From Octopus vulgaris (taxonomy: Eukaryota): 64,000 bases of DNA. Location of the stretch: NCBI GenBank assembly GCA_951406725.2, contig OX597827.1, positions 21,638,001 to 21,702,000 on the forward strand, given 5' to 3'. The notes below the pieces were generated by a model that did no database searches, was not told the DNA's origin, and was given only the letters and a program-made list of their open reading frames with translations. Position 1 is the first letter of the stretch. Every line of letters begins with the position of its first letter. Both the position numbers and the translations under genes were made by a program. Shown here one piece after another: positions 51,855 to 64,000 of this stretch.

Positions 51855-52945
51855 CTAGCAGTATAACCTGGCCTTGCCCGGGATTAAGTTACGATTATTA
51901 AGCTAATCAAGTTCTTTATTTCAAACCAAACTAAGTAATATCGACGTCAAATTTGGGTGAAATCCATTGAAATTGGTTATATTATATATATTATATATAT
52001 ATTATATAATATAATATAATATAAATATATATGGGCAACAGACACGAACACACATACACACACGTACGTACGTATGCCTATTGCATATTTTGTGCATGCA
52101 TACATGTTCATAAACATAAATGAATGGAAAAAATGTTAAATTTGTAGATTAACACTCGCATGATTTTCACTAAGAAAAAAATCGTTTTTTTTTTGTGTGG
52201 AATCAACTACTCTGGCTTCCTAATATGCTACAAAACCCTTTTTGTGGTCCGTGAAATTGTACCCATTTATATTGTGTAATTCACTGACAAATTGTTACTC
52301 ACCTCTTTGTTTCTTTGTTGCTAAATACATGGATTCTCAACAAAACACTTTTTTACTCAGCGTAAAATAAAACCAAAACTCTTTCGCACCCAAAGTAATG
52401 TGTGCGAGAGAGAGAGGTGAGGAGAAAGATGAACGATTTAAAATAAATAAATGATTTAAAATAAGTATATTGTAATTGTTGTGTGAGTAAGTATATATAC
52501 TATGATTATAAAATATAGTGTCTTTCAAAAACATCCTGAATTTGAACACTATATCTCGTGTTTAAGAAAAAACAAAACATTTTACATTTTATTTTTTATG
52601 AACGTCGTCACTTACTCTCTCTCTCTCTCCCTCTCTCACTTTGTCTTTCCCGTGAAACTCTCTGCATCATTCTTCCACTTTTCTTTATCTTATTTTTTTT
52701 TGTTAGACGCCGTCAAAAAGCTATGGCTGATATTTTTTATGGCTAAAAACTATGGCTGAAAATAGAATTTTACCGCTATCTGCGGGTGCCCCGGGAAAAA
52801 AATAAGTTGACAAAACCCAGGTAGGATGTTGACGAATGTCCTCCTAAAATTGGAGCGACATGTGTGCTAATTTGTGGACGTGCATAAATTACAATCACAT
52901 ACATATACACACACACGCACACACATCATGCCTTTTATAGATATA

Positions 52946-52946
<1 letters not shown>
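51855..52946 (-). mobile_element. Non-autonomous Helitron immediately upstream of the P450 exon
   Basis: Minus-strand 3' end is CCCGGGCAAGGCCAGG followed by CTAG|T. 5' end resembles TATATCTATAAAAGG followed by a GT microsatellite. Confidence 0.6.
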
Positions 52947-52982
<36 letters not shown>

Positions 52983-53010
52983 TATATACATATATACTTC
53001 TATGTTTCAG

Positions 53011-53107
53011 GATTCGCAAAGAAAGTATGAAGATTTTCAAACTAATCAATGTACCTGGTCCACCACCAAATTTCCTTTTTGGGAATTTGATATCTTTTGC
53101 TAAGAAG
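53011..53107 (+). CDS. Cytochrome P450 (clan 3, CYP3A/CYP5-like), internal exon equivalent to exon 2
   Basis: Splice sites tttcag|G...AAG|gta, 97 nt, phase 2 to 0. Translates IRKESMKIFKLINVPGPPPNFLFGNLISFAKK, containing the proline-rich PGPxP..LFGN hinge of microsomal P450s. Confidence 0.92.
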
Positions 53108-54416
53108 GTATTTTTCATTTCTCTCATTATCATACGTTATTGTTATTATTATGCGTTGTTGTTGTTGTTGTTGTTGTCATATTCTTCGACAGAAAGAATG
53201 AACTGATATGATTCGGTCAAAGATATTTTGTCCGCAAGCAATTTCAGGGAGAGTGGGGTTTGGAGGGAATGTAAGTAGACTGCATTGATCCCCAGAATTC
53301 AACTGGTACTTATTTTATCGACCCTGAAAGAATGGAAGGCAAAGTCAACCACAACAGAATTTATAAAGACAGATGAAATGCCAAGAAGCATTCTGTCCGA
53401 TATGCAGACAATTCAGCCAGCTTCAAGGGAGAATATATATTGGTAAAGAGTATTTCTAGTCTCAATACTTAACAACTGATAGGGTCTTTTATACACCAAC
53501 AAGTTAACTCCCTATGGAAGCGTTCTGTGCTCCCACTCGTTAATTAAAGGTGATCGTGGCCATTGCCAGCCTCGTCTGGCCTCCATGCCGGTGGCATGTA
53601 AAAAGCACCATCCGATCGTGGCCGTTTGCCAGCCTCGTCTGGCACGTAAAAAGCACCCACTACACTCACGTAGTGGTTGGCGTTAGGAAAGGCACCCAGC
53701 TGTAGAAATATTGCCAGATCAGACTGGAGCCTGGTGCAGCCTCCTGGCTTCCCAGACCCCAGTTGAACCGTCCAACCCATGCTAGCATGGAAAGCGGACG
53801 CTAAACGATGATGATGTGTCCAAAAGGAAACTAACAGTTACAATTTAATCACTTTTGTCTCTTTCAAAAACCTTTTCCTCTGTTGATGTAACAAACCTTC
53901 ATCATTGAATAATGATGATTAAAATTCTAGCCTTCACTGCATATGACCCCCAAACATAGAGGAACCCACATTTCAGCAGAAGATATTCAGGTAGAAATGG
54001 TTTTAGTGCATTAACCCTTTGGCATTTAAACTGACCAAACCTGGCTCAAATATTCTCCTTGTTTTGTGTTTAAACTGACCATGTCCAGCTTCTCACACCT
54101 ACCATACAATGTTATTCTAAAAATAGTCACATCATCAAAATCTTGAAGCTACAAGATAATCCTTGATTAATTCAAAACAAGGAGAATAAATAAGGATTAT
54201 GTTTGACAGAGTAATCTGAATGCTGAAGAGATAAAGCCTAAAATTAGATTATGGGGACAGGGCGTGGGAGTTGCAACTTTACATAAAGGACCCAGGATGA
54301 CATTTTTTTTTAGATATTTTTTCAAATACAATAATTCATTATTTGCTGGCATTATTTTCTTTTTTGGTTTCCATGCTGTACACATCCCAGGATATATTCC
54401 TTATTTTCTCTTACAG

Positions 54417-54472
54417 CAAGCTTTCTACAGCACTTACCTTGACTGGTACAAAATTTATGGTAAAACATTTGG
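54417..54472 (+). CDS. Cytochrome P450 exon (exon-3 equivalent)
   Basis: Splice sites ttacag|CAA...TTTGG|gtgagt, 56 nt, phase 0 to 2. Translates QAFYSTYLDWYKIYGKTFG (KxYG motif). Confidence 0.92.
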
Positions 54473-54715
54473 GTGAGTTTCCTTACCATTTTCAAAAACT
54501 ATTTTTTTCATTTGTACTTGTTTGTATTTTTATCTTTTGTTATTTTTAACTTCTCATTATGAAAAATACTCTTGATGTAATTAATCAAATTGAAATCCTA
54601 TGTAATTAGCTGTACGTTTTATGATTAAGTTTGTAATAAAGATTATTGAAACAAAAATATCAGGAGTTTACTTTGAAATCTAAAATAGAAATTTTAGTTC
54701 GGAAAATAAATGTTT

Positions 54716-55575
54716 TGACACTCCACCGCTTTTTCCCCTTCATCTGCCAGATATCAGTACCAGATATTAGTACCAGATATTAGTACCAGATATTAGTACC
54801 AGATATCAGTACCAGATATCGGTACCAGATATCGGTACCATTGACACTCCACAGCTTCTTCCCCTTCATCTGCCAGATAGCAGTACCAGATATTAGTACC
54901 AGATATTAGTACCAGATATCCAGATATCGGTACCAGATATCGGTACCATTGACACTCCACCGCTTCTTCCCCTTCATCAGCCAGATATCAGTACCAGATA
55001 TTAGTACCAGATATCGGTACCATTGACACTCCACAGCTTCTTCCCCTTCATCTGCCAGATATCAGTACCAGATATTAGTACCAGATATTAGTACCAGATA
55101 TCGGTACCAGATATCGGTACCATTGACACTCCACAGCTTCTTCCTCTTCATCAGCCAGATATCAGTACCAGATATTAGTACCAGATATTAGTACCAGATA
55201 TCGGTACAAGATATCGGTACCATTGACACTCCACAGCTTCTTCCCCTTCATCTGCCAGATATCAGTACCAGATAATAGTTCCAGATATTAGTACCAGATA
55301 TTAGTACCAGATATCGGTACCAGATATCGGTACCATTGACACTCCACAGCTTCTTCCCCTTCATCTGCCAGATATCAGTACCAGATATTAGTACCAGATA
55401 TCGGTACAAGATATCGGTACCATTGCCACTCCACAGCTTCTTCCCCTTCATCTGCCAGATATCAGTACCAGATAATAGTTCCAGATATTAGTACCAGATA
55501 TTAGTACCAGATATCGGTACCAGATATCGGTACCAGATATCGGTACCATTGACGCTCCACAGCTTCTTCCCCTTC
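54716..55575. repeat. Higher-order intronic satellite (9 units)
   Basis: Each unit is TTGACACTCCACAGCTTCTTCCCCTTCATCTG followed by a variable number of 13-bp CCAGATATYRGTA monomers. Confidence 0.95.
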
Positions 55576-55924
55576 CTCTGCAACAACTTTGCTCCCCACT
55601 CTCAACTGACTCAGTTCCTGTTTGGTTTAGAGCAGGGGTCTCAACCAGGGTCCATTTGGCCCTTGCAGGCCCATATAAGATTTTGTTGTCAAAATTTATC
55701 TGCAATAAAATGCTGATAACTTTTTATAATACACAAAATATTAAATTTTTTTTTTAACATAATTCCTAAAAATATTTAATTATAAAAATACAGCAGGGTC
55801 TTTTTTTTAAATATTCACTGAATGGCTCTGGTGGTGCAGAAGAAGGAAATGGGAATCAAAAGGTTCCATAGGCAGAAAATGGTTGAAAAATACTGGTTTA
55901 CAGTCTCTCTTGGATCAGTCTTGC

Positions 55925-56410
55925 AAATTAACTCAGTCTCCCTTGTTAACCCAAATTTCCTTATTAACCCAAATCCCCTCGTTAACTCAGACTCCTTCAT
56001 TAACTCAGACTTCCTTGTTAATTCAGATTCCCTCGTTAACCCAGACTCCCTCGTTAATCCAGACTCCCTCGTTAACCCAGACTCCCTCGTTAACTCAGAC
56101 TCCCTCGTTAACTCAGACTCCCTCATTAACCCAGACTCCCTTGTTAACCCAGACTCCTTCATTAACCCAGACTCCCTCATTAACTCAGACTCCCTCATTA
56201 ACTCAGACTCCCTTGTTAACCCAGACTCCCTTGTTACCTCAGACTCCCTCATTAACCCAGACTCCCTCGTTAACCCAGACTCCATCATTAACCCAGACTC
56301 CCTTGTTAACTCAGACTCCTTCATTAACTCAATCTCCCTTGTTAACCCAGACTTCCTCATTCACTCAGACTCCCTCGTTAAGTCCACACTCTTATTCACT
56401 CAGACTCCCT
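55925..56410. repeat. 18-bp minisatellite (about 27 copies)
   Basis: Unit TTAACYCAGACTCCCTCG/A. It generates the repetitive ORFs 55815..56360, 55822..56499 and 55883..56425. Confidence 0.95.
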
Positions 56411-56903
56411 CTTATGCTAATTTGACTCAGGTACAATCCATCCCGCAGGTTTCAGTACAGTATCCATCTCCCCAACTTCAATCACAACATATGAGTTAAT
56501 CTGAAGCAATAGAAAACAACACCATGCAGGGAGATTGAACCTAAGACCTCATGGTTATCAACTGAATTTCTAAACCATTCAGCCATGCCTGTACCTACAT
56601 CAGCCACCACAAAACTCTCCAACACTGATTAACTTAAGCCTTTAGAATTTCAATTGGTCTCATTTGACCAAAATATTCAACATGTTTCTAAGTTCAAACT
56701 GACCAGATCCAACCTCTCATACTTACCCTACAATGTCATTCTAAAAATAAAGAATTACATCATCAAAATGTCGAAGCTACCAGATGATGCCTGATTCACT
56801 CAAAACAATGTGAAGAAATAAGAATTTGACGGAGAAATCTGAATACTAAATTGTTTATATCTTGTCAATAACAGTTCTTAGTTTGCCATCATTTACTGCA
56901 ACT

Positions 56904-57271
56904 TTATTATTCCTTCCATCTTCGTGAAGGCAGAGGTATTGATTTTAGTTGTGTTTGTTTGTCTGTGGACAAGATATCTCAAGAACTGCTGGATGGATTT
57001 GGATGAAACTTTCAGGGATGTTTGGCTTCGTGACTGGCAAGAACTGATTAGATTTGGGGATCAATCCAGTACCAGACAAGGATTCTGGATTATTTTTCCT
57101 GTTCTTTTACTTAATTTTTGAGAACAGTCAGTTTAATGTTTAGTATTCTCATTTGTGAGAGCAGTCAAGTTTATTTCAGATATTCTCATTTTAAAAACCA
57201 TCCCTGACTAATCGTTGAGAGGACGTTGGTATTGCTTTGGTGGAGGTTTGCACTCTCTGAGTGCTCTTGTT
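56904..57271 (+). mobile_element. Helentron-associated (HINE/DINE-1-like) element, second copy, in a P450 intron
   Basis: Colinear with 16508-16886. Confidence 0.7.
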
Positions 57272-57442
57272 ATTATTATTATTATCATTATTATTATTAT
57301 CATCATTTCTCTTTATCACAGATTTTGTTGGAGCTTCTGGTGTCTTGCATGCATAGTGGGCTTGCTATCTGCAGCTTATGGTACCATGCTATCCGTTCTT
57401 TTCAACTATCTAATATTTTCCTTATAATTGTTGTTGTTGTTG

Positions 57443-57498
<56 letters not shown>

Positions 57499-57529
57499 GT
57501 TATTGTTATTATTATTATTTTTCCAACAG

Positions 57530-57626
57530 CTACTTTGAAGGTCTTCGACCAGTTTTGGTAACAGCGGATATGGATATTCTAAATCAAGTGATGGTGAAAA
57601 AGTTTGATGTTTTTCATGCTCGAAAG
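57530..57626 (+). CDS. Cytochrome P450 exon (exon-4 equivalent)
   Basis: Splice sites caacag|C...AAG|gtaaaa, 97 nt, phase 2 to 0. Translates YFEGLRPVLVTADMDILNQVMVKKFDVFHARK, in frame with the previous exon. Confidence 0.93.
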
Positions 57627-57881
57627 GTAAAAAATATGTTGAAACCCTAGGTTTATTCTTTTATTTGTTTCTGATATTGGAGTGTGGCCATAATGGGGCA
57701 CCACCCTGAAGGGTTTCATTGAACAAATTGCCCCCAGGACTTATACTCCCTTTTTTTATTGTTTGTGAAGTATGATACTTATTGAATCAGTCCCTTTAGA
57801 TGAATCCCTATATCACAGGGATGTAAACAAATTAAGAGCAGTTGTCAAGTGGTGTGGGAACAAACACACATGTACACACAT

Positions 57882-57949
<68 letters not shown>

Positions 57950-58543
57950 GACAGCTTCTATACAGTTTCCATTACATTTATAAATCTACTCACCAAGCTC
58001 TGGTTTGCCTTGAGCTATTGTGGAAGACGCTTTCCTAAGATGCCATGCAGTGGGACTGAACTTGCAACCGAGGGGTTGGCAAGCAGACTTCTTAACCATA
58101 CAACTGTACCTTCCCCTGTTTAGCATAGACTACCATTTTGGGTTTTTGTTTTTCTACTAACAAACTTCTCCCTGAAACTTTCCTGTTGTGATTAATCTAT
58201 TTTCAAACTTTTATAAACAAAAATATTCCGCTTTGTACAGATAGAAGGAAGGATCTTTGTACCAACCGGTGGGAAAAATGGAGACAAAAATGTGTATCCC
58301 ACCGGGTGGGGATCTAGATATTAACCTATATAACTATGAACATATTCTATTTATGTTGATGCATGTGTATGTCTATTATATATATATATATATATGGTTG
58401 GCGTTAGGAAGGGCATCCAGCCGTAGAAACACTGCCAGATCTGACTGGGCCTGACGAAGCCTTCCAGCTTCACAGACCCCAGTTGACCCGTCCAACCCAT
58501 GCTAGCATGGAAAGCGGACGCTAAATGATGATGATGATGATGA

Positions 58544-58581
<38 letters not shown>

Positions 58582-59108
58582 TCATCATCATCATTTAGCA
58601 TCCGCTTTCCATGCTAGCATGGGTTGGACGGTTCAACTGGGGTCTGGGAAGCCAGAAGGCTGCACCAGGCCCAGTCTGATCTGGCAATGTTTCTACGGCT
58701 GGATGCCCTTCCTAACGCCAACCACTCTGTGAGTGTAGTGGGTGCTTTTTACATGCCACCGGCACAGGGGCCAGGCGAGGCTGGCAAACGGCCACGGACG
58801 GATGGTGGTTTTTACGTTCCACCAGCATGGGGGCCAGGCGAGGCTGGCAATGGCCACGATCGGATGGTGCTTTTTACGTGCCACCGGCGCTGGCAACGGC
58901 CACGATCGGATGGTTCACTTATGTGCCACTGGCACTGGTATCACAGCTGCAATTTCCATTGATGTTGATCGACTTTGATTTTGGTTCTGATTTCTGTTTA
59001 CATTTTGAATTACATAATCTTTTATGGTGGCCTCGATATCTTTTAAGTGTTTAGGGCGTTGGTGGATCTTAATCTGGATAAATGAAGGAATTAAAAGAAC
59101 ATTCTTAC

Positions 59109-59173
59109 CTGGGATTGTGTTGTTTAAAACAAACCCAATAAAACCTCCGACAAACATATTGGAACTCAGAAGA

Positions 59174-59177
<4 letters not shown>
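59109..59177 (-). pseudogene. Orphan exon fragment resembling an SLC23 (nucleobase/ascorbate transporter) C-terminal TM segment
   Basis: Translates ILLSSNMFVGGFIGFVLNNTIPG, followed by the donor CCAG|gtaaga. Resembles the SLC23 motif LL.T.MFVGG..(A/G)FILDNTIPG. The 5' side abuts a (TA)n tract. Confidence 0.65.
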
Positions 59178-59222
<45 letters not shown>

Positions 59223-59466
59223 TCATCATCATCGTTTAACGTCCGTTTTCCATGCCAGCATGGGTTGGACGGTTCGACCGGGGTCTCGGAAGCCAGGAGG
59301 CTGCACCAGACTCCAGTCTGATCTGGCAGTGCTTCTGCAGCTAGATGCCCTTCCTAACGCCAACCACTCCATGAGTGTAGTGGGTGCTTTTTACGTGCCA
59401 CCGGCACAGGTGCCAGGGGAGGCTGGCAATAGCTACGATTGATTGATGCTTTTTACGTGCCACTGG

Positions 59467-59509
<43 letters not shown>

Positions 59510-61014
59510 AATCAAAATAAGGAACAAGGATATCCAGAGGTAATGCAGTATGATTGTTTTATGCAACTCCATTTAATTGAACAATGCAATCATTACATCA
59601 ATTTAAAATGCAGAGCAATGTTCAGCTGCACAAAGACAGAATTTAATTAAATTAGAACAGATGGACACATTTGTATAATTATACCTAAAATCTCCCAGAA
59701 GTTAAGGAGATTGATCGATAGATAGATAGATAGATAGATAGCAGTGGCATGCAGTGACTTCCGGGGTTGGGCATGCAATGAATTTCATTGCCCCCACAAC
59801 CCGGCAATTTTTCAGTAAAAAAATTTTCGTATTCCTACGATTTACATATAGGAGATTCTGAATATGCAATCACCCCCATATGAGCTAGAATAAACAGGGA
59901 ATAAAGAATGGCTGTGTAGAGATGAGTCTGAAATAAGTGTATTGTTTGTATTATTCTTTGCTCTTCGAAATGTCAGTACTTTCCCATCCTCACTCTCCCT
60001 TAAAAAAGTTTAAAAATCATAAGTGAAATGTAATAAAGATGAAATTGGATTCTGTCAATATTTTTGCATATTCAGAATCTCTGTTAAAGGTAGGAGTCCG
60101 AAAAAATTTTTCACAAAAATTCGTTTTTCAAAGAGGTGCAATTCTGCATTAGCCCCTATACCTATTGGTTGAGCCGAATCAATTTGAAATGATTTAATTA
60201 AAAGAACACATTTAGTTACATTATATGGCTATGGTTTTAGATCATTACACTCTCAAATCATGAAAGTCAGATAAAATGTCACAAAGTATTTCCTTTGTTG
60301 TTGATTCTACCATTTTGATGCCTTAGTAGAATTAAATATCATAAACTTAATTTGGACAAAATTAAGTCAGTCAAAATCGATTTCAAGTGATTGTCATGAT
60401 TACAACAAAATTGGAGCAGATATCTATTATAAGTAATGGTTTTTATCCAGATTTTTGGTGAATGCAGATTTAAGTCCTTCGTCCCAGGCTGGTTTTCTAT
60501 CGACTCCATGTCATAAAAGAATGAGCACTACATCATCATCATCATCATCATCGTTTAACGTCCGCTTTCCATGCTAGCATGGGTTAGACGATTCAACTGG
60601 GGTCTGGGAAGCCAGAAGGCTGCACCAGGCCCAGTCTGATCTGGCAGTATTTCTACAGCTGGATGCCCTTCCTAATGCCAACCACTCCGTGAGTCTAGTG
60701 GGTGCTTTTTACGTGCCACCGGCACAGGTACCAGATGAGGCTGGCAACAGCCACGATCGGATGGTGCTTTTTATGTGCCACCGGCATGGAGGCCAGTCGG
60801 GGCGGTGCTGGCAATGGCCACGTTCGGATGGTTCTCTTACATGCCACTGGCACTGGTATCACAACTACGATATCCATTGATTTTGATCAATTTCGATTTC
60901 GATTTACATAATGCTAAAATATTAAAAGTTAATTTCTTTAGACAATATTGCACGATGACCCTGTCACTGTGCAATACCAACACACTGCCTCTCAACATCC
61001 TTTCTCTATTCTAG

Positions 61015-61140
61015 GTTTTCCCAGTTCAAGTCGATCCAGATAAAGATGATGAAGTCCATATGTTTTTCGCTCGTGGTGACAGATGGAAACGTCTTCGAGC
61101 CATCAGTAACCCAGCTTTCACCTCAGCTAAAATACGAAAG
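61015..61140 (+). CDS. Cytochrome P450 exon (exon-5 equivalent, helix C)
   Basis: Splice sites ttctag|GTT...AAG|gttatt, 126 nt, phase 0 to 0. Translates VFPVQVDPDKDDEVHMFFARGDRWKRLRAISNPAFTSAKIRK, with the WxxxR motif and the clan-3 PxFTSxK motif. Confidence 0.93.
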
Positions 61141-62250
61141 GTTATTTTACCATTATACCTTATTTATATATTTATATATTTTTGTATTTATTTATAAATT
61201 GGGTTATAAAAACACCAGAATTTGAAATTTAGGAGCATTTTTCAAGACGTGTACAGATTAGAAGAAGCTACTTTTGTCTTTCACATTCTCATGAATTCTA
61301 CAGTTGAAGAAACAAGATTCTAATCTGAAAGTTACTAATTAAATAGTAGAAAGATTGTTACATTTCACATCATTTAACGTCTGTCTTCCATGCTAGCATA
61401 GGTAGGACAGTTTCACAAGAGCTGGCCAGGCAGAAGCTTGCACCAGACTTCTGTGACTGTTTTGGCAGGATTTTTACAGCTGGATGCCCTCCCTAACAGC
61501 AACCACTCAGCAGAGTGGACTTAGTGCTTTTTATGTGGCAGAAGCACAGACAGGGTCAGTTTTGGCAAGGTTTTCACAGCTGGACACCCTTCCAAACACC
61601 AGCTACTTTACAGTGTGGACTGGGTGCTTTTAAGTGGCACCTGCACTGACAGGGTCACCAAGTACTTGCAAGACAAAAAAAGAAACTTTCAAGAGGGAAG
61701 GGGGCATTGGAGGAGGTGATCTTGTGTCAGATGATGAAAGGTTATAGTGAGACAGAGAGACAGAAACAGGTGTCTTGCTGTAGGGGAGGTACATGGTTAC
61801 CCGGCTGAAGAGAGAGAGAGGGAGAAGGAATGAAGACAGAAACAGGTGCACTACTGCAAAGGAAATACATGGTTACCCAACCTGAGGGAAGTACAGGAGA
61901 AGGAGAGAGAGAGAGAGTGGGAGACAGCAGGATAGAGATGGTGGCAAAATTTGTGTAATTAATTAATACCAAACTTTCAACAGATGACATTGTCTTCTAA
62001 CAGCTGAAGCTTTTTTTTTTATTTTTATGTTTAACTCTCCAAATTGTCTTTCGTAAATATTAAAAATCTTCAAGAACTACAGAATTTTAAAAAATGGTAA
62101 ATTATTTGTCTTGAGTGAATAAGAAAATGTTTCTGTTATTAATAGTGGAACTATTATAATCACCATCGGTACACACGCGGTCACATTTTGAATGACCGGA
62201 AGGGAATGGGGGAAGAAAAAGTTCTTTCAAAGACAGGAGAGTGCAAGAGG

Positions 62251-62298
<48 letters not shown>

Positions 62299-62736
62299 GA
62301 CGGGCTTCTTTTCAGTTTCCGTCTGCCAAATCCACTCACAAGGCTTTGTTCAGCCTGAGGCTGTAGTAGAAGACACTTGCCCAAGGTACCACACAGTGGG
62401 ACTGAACCTAGAACCATGTGGTTGGGAAGCAAGTTTCTTACCACACAGCAAGGCCTGTGTCGTATACATCTTTCTGTTGATCTTTTCTGCATCGCATGCT
62501 TCTACTAAATCTAAAAATATAGTTTACAGTTACTGAAACTATAACTGTGGAATTCACTGTACAATTACAAAACCACAGTTTTTGGTATTTGGTAAAATCA
62601 TAATTCTAGAATTTAGAATCTGGAAGTTGACATTGAAAAGTTTCCTGATGAAACTACTTTACTGAAGGTGAATGCTGTTGGTTATTGAAGAATTTACTGC
62701 TTTAAATGTGTTATTTCTCCATTTATTCTATTCCAG

Positions 62737-62825
62737 ATGTCATCTTTGGTCCATAACTGCATAGACAATGTCATTGCAGAACTGAAAAGGCGGGCACACA
62801 ACAACGACAGTATTGAAATGTATGA
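62737..62825 (+). CDS. Cytochrome P450 exon (exon-6 equivalent); gene continues beyond the window
   Basis: Splice sites ttccag|ATG...TATGA|gtaggt, 89 nt, phase 0 to 2. Translates MSSLVHNCIDNVIAELKRRAHNNDSIEMY(E/D). Size and phase match exon 6 of vertebrate CYP3A as recalled. Confidence 0.88.
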
Positions 62826-63610
62826 GTAGGTAACATATTTGTAATTAACAATAGAAACTTACTTTTTATTACTATGTCACCCCCACCCACCCCAGCCCAA
62901 ACATCATCATCATTATTCCCATCATCGTCGTCATCATCATCATCATCATCATCGTAAGCATTTTTACATCCACTTTCTCGGCTGGCATAGGTTGATAAGT
63001 TATATGGAAATATCTACTTGGAAACAGATAAGGGGTGCTGACAGAAAAGACACTTGGCTAAAAATAATCTGCCTCAACAAATCCCATCTGATCCATGCAA
63101 GCATGAGAAAGTGGATGTTAAAACAGAGTTTATAACGATGATGATATGTAAAGGTGAAAGGGATACTCTGGAAATTAGCAACAACAGAGGCATCAGTCTG
63201 GTGGACTGAATTATGAAGCAGAAAGGGCCTCAGCAAAATTGATTTGAGAAGGAATCTACTTTGGTGATTCACAGAACATGTTTATCCCAGGTCAAAATTC
63301 CATTGAGGTTTACTTCATAGTAAGGCAACTGCAAGAAAAGTTTCTAACCAACTGTAAGTTTCTCTGTCCAGCAGTAATTCCACACAGTGTTCCCTGTGTG
63401 ATGTATGAGTGTACAAGTGATGTAGGGGAATCAAAGGCAGATTGACAGTGAAGCGAGACTGCCTGTGATGGATGTACAGGGATTGTTAGCAGAGCACCAA
63501 TAAACTTCTTGCATTGTTCAAAAAGCTCTTCAAAAGTAGTTGATAGTTTCTGTTCCCTAGGTGACCTAATCAGCAGTGGGGAAGAATGTTCTGTGGTCAG
63601 AATAAGAATA

Positions 63611-63841
63611 TATTTCTTTATTGCCCACAGGGGGCTAAACATAGAGGGGACAAACAAGGACAGACAAAGGGATTAAGTCGATTGCATTGACCCTAGTGTG
63701 TAACTGGTACTTATTTAATCGACCCCGAAAGGATGAAAGGCAAAGTCAACCTTGGCAGAATTTGAACTCAGAACATAGCGGCAGACGAAATACTGCTAAG
63801 CATTTAGCCTGGCATGCTAATGTTTCTGCCAGCTCGCCGCC
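63611..63841 (-). mobile_element. Second tRNA-derived SINE family (MetaSINE-like core) inserted in an RTE fragment; degenerate copies at 13900-14110, 38690-38880, 47035-47165 and 53280-53420
   Basis: Head GGCGGCGAGCTGGCAGAAAC, B box GAGTTCAAATTC, core GACTTTGCCTTTCATCCTTTCGGGGTCGAT. Flanking direct repeat AATAAGAATA. Confidence 0.8.
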
Positions 63842-64000
63842 TGAATAAGAATAAGAATTGGGTAGGAAAAGTTCAGGGAGCTCTGCTGGTAACAAAGGAA
63901 TTCTCTTTCCAAGCAAAAGGTAGATTGTATGATGCATATGTAATACTTCATTGTAGTAAAACATGAGCTGTGAATGAAGAAGATGTGTGGTGCATGAAAA

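Noticed and set aside
54716-55575. CRISPR-like repeat/spacer appearance
   Set aside because: The spacers are themselves repeated, there are no cas genes, and the context is a eukaryotic intron.

Overview
AT-rich, repeat-saturated animal genomic DNA, most likely from an octopus. This assignment is inferred from the SINE, RTE and microsatellite repertoire. Almost all ORFs in the supplied track are microsatellite or SINE artefacts. One host gene is well supported: five internal exons of a clan-3 (CYP3A/CYP5-like) cytochrome P450 on the + strand (53011-62825), continuing past the window, with exon 1 not found. The rest is mobile DNA: a full-length mariner nested in a Helitron nested in a SINE, an RT-less Gypsy LTR element, R4/Dong-like, RTE, CR1 and Penelope remnants, a piggyBac remnant, a Merlin-like MITE with telomeric repeats, Helitron/Helentron-type non-autonomous elements and two intronic satellites. 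The most notable signal is a set of minimal type-I hammerhead ribozyme motifs in short Penelope-like inserts, several of them fold-back and many in (TA)n tracts. One motif is textbook-perfect (3598-3679). A two-copy family (33572-33620, 44906-44956) has the core GUGAACA, which swaps the C3-G8 tertiary pair to G3-C8. An orphan antisense SLC23-like exon sits in a P450 intron. All calls are by eye; no searches or folding programs were run.
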